Shown here: positions 11,304 to 18,691 of the stretch, in pieces | How the letters are laid out: every line of letters starts with the position of its first letter | Position numbering within the stretch: position 1 is the first letter of the stretch | DNA from: Macrostomum lignano | Taxonomy: Eukaryota | Assembly: GCA_002269645.1 (NCBI GenBank) | Contig: NIVC01005228.1 | Location: 1 to 19,850, forward strand | Length of the DNA: 19,850 bases | Direction: 5' to 3' | Made by a program: the position numbers and the translations under genes | Notes under the pieces: model-generated | Databases searched by the model: none | Seen by the model: only the letters and a program-made list of their open reading frames with translations | What the model was told of the DNA's origin: nothing

Positions 11304-12042
11304 TTATATATACTATAGTGTACAGTGGCCAAAACCAGATAATGGCTGCCTGCTCCACCACCCCAAATTTGCTGTTTTTTCACCCCCAAATCTCTTGTTA
11401 TCTCTAGCAATGATTGGCTCACCCTGTCGGCTTTTGATTCCTGAGTTATTTCTAACCAATCACCTAACTCCCCAGCCCAGCCTAATAAGCCTATATTTTG
11501 TTTTCAGTGGACAATGAGGGTGAGACATCATACTTAATCACCTCATTATTGATTTTATCTGGTGTCTCTCTACCTCTGTCGTGAAAATTTAGCTACAAAA
11601 TGCACTTTTAAGTTTAAGTGTAAGTTTCAGTTTTGTTTTGTAAAAAATAACAAAAGTTATTATTATATAATTTGATATTATATCTGTTAGTATTTGTTCT
11701 TGTAGTCCAAAAAATCAATAACTTTCCGCGGCACGCGTAAACAGCCCAAATAAAGTAATTGCATGAAAAAAGTCTCAGCGATCCAGTTCGACCCAGCGGA
11801 GGGGTTGGCGCTGACTGCAGCCCCCAATCGACCCCAGCCTAAACCAGCGGACCAATCAGAGGCCACCAAAATTATAAAGGTGGCTAAAATTTACAAACAG
11901 GGGTGACTAAAAAATAGAATAGAGTGGACGGTAAGAAAAAGGCTATAACAGAAAGTCGAGATGCTGACCAATCAGACGGCAGCGAGAAAATATTGAGAGT
12001 TGTTTTGGGACGAAGGGGTGGCTGCAGGGCTGCAATATATAA
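11304..12042. promoter_or_regulatory. Bidirectional promoter with mirror-image CCAAT and TATA modules
   Basis: Leftward: CCAAT (ATTGG 11413-11417) then TATATAA on - (11304-11310). Rightward: CCAAT 11852-11856 and 11968-11972, then TATATAA 12036-12042. Each TATA is about 90-105 bp from an ATG. Confidence 0.65.
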
Positions 12043-12145
12043 TAAAAACAAACTGTAAATGCAGTAAACTTTTCGCCTCAACTGTTTCAAGTCAAGCATC
12101 ACTTTTATCTACTTTTAACTTAGATTCTTTAAGTAACGAAGAGAA

Positions 12146-13768
12146 ATGGAATCAAACCCTACGCCAGCCCAGAAGGTCAAATTCGGCATCTCTGCTCTTC
12201 TGCCCGGCTTGATGGATTCACCGGTCGTTGGTCTGATAACGAGACTGACAAAAATCCACGCCTACGAGAACAACAAAGCTGGATCAGGCCAAGTGTTCTC
12301 CTTCACTTTGACTGACGAGACTGCAGACATCAGAGTGAGCGTTTTTGGCAAGGACCTGAAGTCATTGCTGGAAATGTGCCAAACGGTCGAGACAGTGCGC
12401 ATTTCTGGAGGCTGGATCAAAAAGGCTGACCCAAGGTACAACACTACGGAAAACGAGTATGAGATGAGCGTCTCAGTTGACAAAAGCGGCACCATCATGA
12501 CTTCAAACGAGACGGTCAACAGGCGTCCCCGGGACTACAGGAGGATATCGGAAATTTCTGCATGCCAAATGAAAACGTAAATATCTTGCACTTTGTGCCT
12601 TTATTTTCTTTTATACATTTCCTCGTGCTTTGCTTTACTTTAGGGTTACGGTTAGAGTTAGGCTGAGGTTAGGGTTAAAAGCTTGACCGATTTTTTAAGA
12701 TTTCAAGGCTTAATGGGGAGGGGGGCATCGATGAGATGTCAAGGGGGGAAATTGATATGCTAAGGCTTGTGGGGGGAATTGCTAACATGCCAAGGCTTAC
12801 AAGGGACTGCTGAGGTATTGCAAAGAGACGCTACATGTAGTTTATTAAAAAACTTGTAATGCATTTTTTGGCTGCCCAACGGGGGGCGCTGATTGCTAGT
12901 CATTCAGCTAAATTTGCCCTACTCAAAAACTTTCACCGTACGACAGGAAAGTTGACGTTCGTGGCATCATTTCTGCAGTTGAGAAGCCAAAGGAAGTAAA
13001 AACTGGTGCCGGAAAGCTCGTCGATTTAGCAAAAGTTACCATCGTTGATCGGTCCGGGTCCTCTGTGTCCTGCACTTTTTGGGCCAGTTCTTCTGCGCAG
13101 GTGAATAATTGGTCTATCGGCGACATTCTCGCGATTCATGGCTCTCAAGTCCAAGAGTACGCCCAGATGATAAGCCTCGGCTGTTCGCAAGCAGAAGTAC
13201 ATCACTGGCCAGAAAATTCGCAAGAGTTCTCCGACCTAACCGAGTGGTACAACGGCGCCACAGCTAGCCAGCAGCATTTCGAGGCTGTGCGAGCGACACA
13301 GATTCCACCACCTGAGCAGCAAGCATCACATGATGAAGAAATGACATTACACTACCCCGAACGAATGTTTCACCAGTTTAACAACATGCGAAGAATAAGA
13401 CTGCGTTTCGGAAGCAAAGAGGTTAGTTTATTTCGAAAATGTGTGTTCACTTTAGTTTAATCAAAGGCAGTTATTATTGTATACTTCTTATGAGTGTTCA
13501 CTTCAATTTAATCAAAGACAGTTATAATTATATACTTTTCAAACCGAATCCCACTTCACAGGTAACATTTTCACGAGATTCGAACAGCTGGAATCAGCAG
13601 ATGCCCACAGGCTCTACACCTAGGCCTCTGTACACGAGTGACATGTCTCAGCAGAACAGCTGGAATCAGCAGGTACCCACAGGCTCTACACCTAGAACTC
13701 CGTACACTGGTGACTCGAGCACTCGAAATCAAGAATTTTTGACATCACCAGCAGAAGATGAAGACTAA
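12146..13768 (+). CDS. RPA70-like ssDNA-binding protein (OB folds DBD-A and DBD-B, divergent tail). join(12146..12576,12947..13421,13562..13768), 370 aa
   Basis: Exon 1 GSGQVFSFTLTDETADIRVSVF..GGWIKKADPRYNTTENEYEM matches RPA70 DBD-A ([42 protein letters not shown]). Exon 2 KVDVRGII..VTIVDRSGSSVSCTFW..ILAIHGSQVQEY..LTEWY matches DBD-B. Both introns (12577-12946, 13422-13561) are GT-AG and keep the frame, and the spliced ORF is open to TAA at 13766-13768. Not called RPA1 because 70N and DBD-C are absent. Confidence 0.9.
12640..12676 (+). repeat. Degenerate TTAGGG-like repeats in intron 1 of the RPA-like gene
   Basis: ttagggttacggttagagttaggctgaggttagggtta: about six imperfect hexamers. Confidence 0.6.
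13582..13712 (+). repeat. 72-bp-period coding duplication (NSWNQQxPTGSTPRxxYT, two copies)
   Basis: gaacagctggaatcagcag..cccacaggctctacacctag occurs at 13582 and 13654. Confidence 0.95.
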
Positions 13769-13956
13769 TTTTTTCTTTTTGAATTTCTTCAAACTGAATT
13801 CGAACAGATATCAATCAGAACATTTTTTCCTCAACCTCTATTTCTGTGCTGTTGTCTTTTAACTTTCGCAAATTTTGAATTTATATTACATTGAGTATTA
13901 TTAACTGATTGCTAACTGAACCTAGGCTGAGTACGACAGGATTGGATTAGAAGTTA

Positions 13957-15135
13957 CTAATCCTTGAAGGAATAGTAGTGTCGAATCCAATACAGAAGAG
14001 ACCCCATAACACTCTTTTTGTGCAGCCGTCGAAATTGGAACTCATTCAGATAAGATTGAAACAGTTCCTCAGATGTCCGATGCATACGCTTGTACTTCTT
14101 TTTACAGTGACACCACATGGATTCCACTGATTGCGTATGCACATCACGATCAGCAGGAGAGACGAAGTTAAGTGAGTGGTTCACAGTCCGATGATTTGAC
14201 AACCTATTATAAGCTTGCCATTCATCTGACATAATGATTGTGCCAGGCTCCACTCGCTCTTCTATTATGGGTAAAAGAGTCGCTGCAGAACAATCTTTTA
14301 CCGGTATTAGAAAGATATGAGTAGAACCACGTTCAACCATGCCAAACACCCACTTCTGCTCACGCTGACGGCCTTTGTTGTACTTACGCTTGAAGTACAG
14401 GGACTCGTCAATTTCCACTATTTTATTTGGACCGCCTAACTTGAAGGGATGGTCTTCAAGATATTTGGTACAAATTTCACGGCAGAAATTGAACCAGTCC
14501 ACTAGCGTTTGTTGGGACACCTTAGTCTCTGCTGCAATAAAATCAAAGTCACCAATATCAGCAGCCCACCAAAAGATGATATGAAGGCACTGAAACAAAC
14601 TAAGATGAGACCGCTCAAAAAACGATTTCGTGCGAATTGAGGTATTGGTTCGGCAACTCTTGCAATACCATGTTGATTTGTCCGCCACACTTGATCTTTT
14701 GACTAATCCCATTGGACCCGAGCATGACGAACACAACATGGTATTGGCGATTAGTCCGATTCTAACCAAGAATTGCAAAACCTCAGTCTCACTTTCGTGA
14801 AATTGAGTAATGAATGCGGTGTGTGTCGGATTATAATCTAGAACATACCGAGCTTCCTCAATATTTACATTGAACATTTTAGTAGATGCTGCCGGTCGCC
14901 CACGACGCTTACCAGAAGCTTGTTTGACAACATCTTTGGATTTCGTAGAAGCTTTGGAGTCCGCATTATTGGCCGCACAAGCTCCCCCTGGTACAGCCTC
15001 TCGGTCAGCACCACGAGCAGCTTGATTGTCCATAAGTTGGTTCCATTGCTCCTCGAACCCTTGGACGTCTTCCTCAAACAAGTCATCTGAATCAGACGAC
15101 ACGAGAAACGAGAGAATCCACCAAAGAGTCAACAT
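13957..15135 (-). CDS. Merlin-family (IS1595/ISXO2-like) DDE transposase, apparently intact (392 aa ORF)
   Basis: Zn ribbon CSSC..WYCKSC; HTH region; catalytic core LGGPNKIVEIDES (D), KRKYNKGR, WVFGMVER, IIMSDEWQAY (D), VNHSLNFV, HTQSVESMW (E), YLNEFQFR. The true start may be the internal Met MDNQ at 15033. TIRs and TSD were not found. Confidence 0.93.
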   Translation of the reverse strand: MLTLWWILSFLVSSDSDDLFEEDVQGFEEQWNQLMDNQAARGADREAVPGGACAANNADSKASTKSKDVVKQASGKRRGRPAASTKMFNVNIEEARYVLDYNPTHTAFITQFHESETEVLQFLVRIGLIANTMLCSSCSGPMGLVKRSSVADKSTWYCKSCRTNTSIRTKSFFERSHLSLFQCLHIIFWWAADIGDFDFIAAETKVSQQTLVDWFNFCREICTKYLEDHPFKLGGPNKIVEIDESLYFKRKYNKGRQREQKWVFGMVERGSTHIFLIPVKDCSAATLLPIIEERVEPGTIIMSDEWQAYNRLSNHRTVNHSLNFVSPADRDVHTQSVESMWCHCKKKYKRMHRTSEELFQSYLNEFQFRRLHKKSVMGSLLYWIRHYYSFKD

Positions 15136-15731
15136 AATTATATCAGACCTTGGTTGAAGTCTATAACTAAATCTCGAATGAATTTGCTTACCGAAATCAA
15201 GTGCTGCTACTGCCTTAATACACTAGAATGAGTAATATAGTCTTGTACGGTTACTGGCTGGGAGTTGACAGGTGCAAAGGTGCGAAGTGCGAATGTTGGA
15301 AGGTAGCTTTGGCTAGGTGCAAGTGAAAGTGCGCAAGTGCAAAAAATCGAGCGGGTCGTGACGTGGCAGTTTTTAAAAAACGAACAGTGACGTGGCAAAT
15401 TGTACATGCATTAAAACTAAATTGAAAAACTATTATTGGGGAACTTAACAGACAATTGCGTATAAATTTGTAGATAGTAACATTCAATTTTCATTGGCCT
15501 AATGAACTTCTAGCACATGTGCTACTGGTTTAAAAGTCTAGTGGATACACTTTTGAATATGTATTCCTAGAAACTTTTTGTCACCGATCATCATTAAGAG
15601 AATAGGAATTAAGTAAATTATCATCCTATCAACCGTACAGGTAATTCTCTACGCTTTTTGTTGCGTTTTTGTAATTTTGGTTGCCCCATAAGTGTCTACC
15701 GCAAGTTTCAGAAAAATTGGAAAATCGGAAG

Positions 15732-15758
15732 TATTTTATCAACATAAACTTGAAGAAG
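15732..15758. repeat. 27-bp motif that is the exact reverse complement of about 7891-7917
   Basis: tattttatcaacataaacttgaagaag versus cttcttcaagtttatgttgataaaata. Confidence 0.85.
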
Positions 15759-15867
15759 CCCGTTTTGTGCCGTGAGCTTTAATTATTACTCTTATAACAT
15801 TTAGAATGTTTCACGAGCTAAGGCCACAGATAACTTTAGTCTCAGACACAACATCCCTCCCTCAGTT

Positions 15868-16822
15868 AGAATAGGAAAGCCGGTCAGGTTTAGTCAATTT
15901 TATCAAGTCTCTCACGTAGTATTCGATGACGAGGGAGGAAGGCCAGACACGAAGCAGGAATGCAGGAGGATGGGAGAGAGCAGGATAAGAGCGGCTTGCG
16001 ACGGAGCGGACAAATTGATCTTCACGGATGTTTCGGTTGATAAGGGAGGCAAAGGAGGGGGAAGTACGATAACGGCGCGGTGGTCGAAAGGCAAATGGTG
16101 GCCGGCGGACAGCTCGCGTCCTCGATGCAGGCGGAGCTTTACGCGTTGAAGGCGGCAATCAGGTGGCTGGCGATTAACAACAACTGGCACAAAGCTGTGA
16201 TTGCGACAGACAGCAAAAGCTATTAAAAAGACCAGCAAGAACCCGATCGTCTGCAGCATTAGAAAAGCGCTGAGCGAGATGGAAGGGCGAGAGATGGTGA
16301 TGCTGTGGATACCGAGCCACTGCGGGATCGTAGGGAACGAAGTGGCGGACGAATGGGCTATTCGGGCGGTCAGGGAAGTGAGCAATGAAGGAATTGGAGT
16401 CATGGCGAGCACGATGGCGAGGATGGCGAGGAGGCGGTGTAGAAGGAAGGTGTGGAGGCACGAGAGGATGAGGGCGACGTACGGCGGCTCGGAGGGACCA
16501 AGGAAAGATCCGGAGTTCACGAGCAGGAAGGAGGAGGTTAGTTTTACAAGATGGCGTACGGGACACTCGCTGGAGCTGGCAGCGTTTAGAAAGAGAATCG
16601 GGCTGCAGCAGGATGGAAATTGCAGGCAGTGTGGCATGGAGGAGGAGACCATCGAGCACATGGTGGCCTGCCCGGTTCTGGACAGCTGCTGGAGGGGATG
16701 GAGGAGCGGAGTTCTGAGTGAGGTTTGCATGAAGGCGGAGGAAGCGCTGAAGATGTGGGAGTGGTGGAAGAGGAAACCACCGGAAAGCAGCTAGACATCT
16801 ACAACAACAACAACAACAACAA

Positions 16823-16827
<5 letters not shown>
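15868..16827 (+). mobile_element. 5'-truncated, frameshifted non-LTR retrotransposon (I-group-like): RNase H, C-terminal CCHC zinc finger, (ACA/CAA)n tail
   Basis: RNase H motifs across three frames: LIFTDVS, SSMQAELYALKAAI, KAVIATDSKS, MLWIPSHCGIVGNEVADEWA. Then RWRTGHS..CRQCGMEEETIEHMVACP, stop at 16792-16794 and an ACA-repeat tail at 16801-16827. No RT domain is present. Confidence 0.9.
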
Positions 16828-16856
<29 letters not shown>

Positions 16857-16999
16857 CGCTACAACCGGCCGAGCGCGAGCAGCAGCAGCAGGCGCTACGA
16901 CCAGCCGAGCTGGAGCAGCAGCAGGAGCAGCCGCAGGAGACGTAGGAGACGCAGGATCAGTCTACATCAGACTACATCAATTGGGTGAGAGGGTTCCTA
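16825..16999 (+). pseudogene. Inverted partial copy of the polyQ exon at 18692-18900
   Basis: Reads QQQALQPAEREQQQQALRPAELEQQQEQPQET*ETQDQSTSDYINWVRGFL, nearly identical to the - strand ORF. It has a nonsense change CAG to TAG at 16943-16945. Confidence 0.92.
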
Positions 17000-17119
17000 A
17001 TTCGGAATAGGTTAGCTACAGATAAAATTATTATCCGGCCAAATCCTGGTGATGAATCATGACATTGATCACCTTATTAAGTTAACGAAACTTAGTGTTC
17101 CTTTTTGTTCCTGTAACAA

Positions 17120-17510
17120 ACTAACAATAATTGTATAACTATAAAGAACTATTGACTGTAAAACAATAACAACTATAACAACTATAACAACTATAACAAC
17201 TATATCAAGTATATCAAGTATAAAAATTATAGCAACTATAATCTATCAATTATAGCTTATAGTTGTAGCTTATATCTATAGTTATAGCCATGGGCGGCGG
17301 GAGCTTGTGCCCCCCCCCAGAAAATGAGTCCAATTTGTTGTGCTTTTTCTGATTTTAGGCCCTAATTAGCAGTTACAAAGGTACCTGTGCCCCTTTGCCC
17401 TGTGCCCAGTGCCCCCCCCCCCCAAAAATGTTAGGCTCCGCCGCCCCTGGTTATAGCTTATAACAACTATAACAATTAAAGAACTATTAACTATAAAACA
17501 GTAATTGTAA
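17120..17510. repeat. Degenerate AACTATAAC / TTATAG low-complexity array, split by the MITE
   Basis: Repeated aactataac units on both sides of 17289-17449. Confidence 0.8.
17289..17449. mobile_element. hAT-type MITE, 161 bp
   Basis: TIRs CATGGGCGGCGG and CCGCCGCCCCTG (one mismatch), flanked by a perfect 8-bp direct repeat GTTATAGC at 17281-17288 and 17450-17457. An 8-bp TSD with CA- termini is typical of hAT. Confidence 0.85.
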
Positions 17511-17599
17511 TTTCGATAGGTTATCTGTTAATTGTTTGAAATCAATCAAATCGGTCACTTTCGCTTCAACGCACGCCTTGTTGGCATAGTTTTTTCCTT

Positions 17600-18157
17600 C
17601 AACTCGAAAGTCCTTGCAATATGTTTTGCAATCGTTCAGCGAGCTCGTCCGGGCATTGTTTCCTCCATTTCGATAGGTTTCCTTAACCTAGTAAGTTTCA
17701 TTTTTTCTAAATTTCCAGTATTAAGAAGCCAATCAGAAAAGTGCCATAGGATAAATTTTAAATTCGAAATCGAAACTGCTCTGCGACTTTGGTGCTCTCC
17801 TCTGATTGAGTCACGGCAATGTGCGTATTCGTGCCATAGACGCTAAGGAAGTTGCCACCAAATGCCACTGAGTCCTCGGGGGTGAAGACTGCATGGATCC
17901 ACCCTGCCGGCACCAGCAATGTGTTTCTTGGCTGCAGCACAACACGGTAGACTGGGCCTGTTGCTGTTTCGTCCAGGAAAGCATCCGAGTCGGCAGTTTG
18001 CCAGTGCTCATATGCGCGGATGTTTCGCTCAGTAGGCAGCATTAGATAAGAAATTTTACAGCCGCTGGCTAGCGTGAACAAAAGTCGCTTCCACCTAGAT
18101 CTATGTGAAAATTGGTAAATGATTTCTTCGCACTGATCAGCACTGATTCGGGAAGAG
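17600..18157 (-). pseudogene. JmjC histone-demethylase domain (KDM2/KDM7-PHF8-like), frameshifted
   Basis: Across frames: LISAKKSFTNFHIDLGGS (HxD at 18107-18099), FTLASGCKI, TERNIRAYEHW, LVPAGWIHAVFTPEDSVAFGGNFL (third ligand His 17893-17895), FRF(P)NLKFILW. These match the KDM2/PHF8 motifs YTDFH(V/I)DFGG, IPSGWIHAV.TP.D..VFGGNFL and FRFPNFETICW. Single-base losses are needed at about 18079 and 17766. The left boundary is approximate. Confidence 0.9.
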
Positions 18158-18185
18158 CTGATTATAAGCGGCATAAATTATTAAT

Positions 18186-18691
18186 GCTAAATTTGGCATT
18201 CGGAAATACCGACGTCTCGCTAATCACAGCGACGGTAATGTTTGGATCCTCGTCCACCAGAGCCCTGACAGCAGCGATGTTGGCTTCGGTCACAGCTGTG
18301 CTGGGTCGTCCAGACCGGGGGTCGTCGTTCAAGGAGGCCCGTCCGGCGTTGATGGACTCTATCCACCTGGCGACCGTGCGATAGGAAGGGGCTTGGTCCC
18401 CGACTACCTGGACCAGGTCTGCATGGATTTTGACCGCGCTTTCTCCGAGTCGTGAGCGCAAGAAAACGTAGAATTGCCACTGGTCTGGTTGCACTGGCTC
18501 CATTTTTGGCAGATTGTAAAACACCACCTTGCGTTGGCCACGCACAAGTATAACACATTCGAGGGAAAAAAGTCATACTCTATGGTTAAAACCAATATAT
18601 GTCGGCGATTTCGTAAAAAAATTTCATCGCTTTGTGATATGTACTTTTAGAGATATTAGGTCAGTTGCCAAAACTTTTTGAATGCCCCTCG
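18186..18691 (-). mobile_element. 5' half of a mariner (Tc1/mariner) element: TIR plus N-terminal double HTH
   Basis: The - strand reads TA|CGAGGGGCATTCAAAAAGTTTTGGCAAC, a mariner-type TIR with TA at 18692-18693. The ORF from ATG 18503 includes ESAVKIHADLVQVVGDQAPSYRTVARW..LNDDPRSGRPSTAVTEANIAAVRALVDEDPNIT. No DD34D domain or second TIR is in the window. Confidence 0.92.

Noticed and set aside
12146-13768. Calling this the canonical RPA1 gene, or part of a Helitron
   Set aside because: It lacks 70N and DBD-C, and no Rep/helicase ORF or Helitron CTRR/hairpin terminus was seen in the window.
15100-15135. Signal-peptide-like N-terminus of the Merlin ORF (MLTLWWILSFLV)
   Set aside because: It coincides with a pyrimidine tract and AG acceptor at 15087 (candidate donor GTAAGC at 15191), so it is probably intronic or UTR. 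Secretion makes no sense for a transposase.
13770-15420. Merlin TIRs immediately flanking the transposase
   Set aside because: A manual search found no inverted match between 13770-13956 and 15136-15860; the GTGC-rich repeats at 15270-15345 have no inverted partner in the window.
15862-16730. Minus-strand ORFs of 98, 272 and 161 aa
   Set aside because: Antisense to the purine-rich LINE coding strand.
16725-16988. 87-aa ORF joining the LINE end to Ser/Arg repeats
   Set aside because: An out-of-frame reading of the CAA/CAG tract; the homologous frame is polyQ and carries a nonsense codon.
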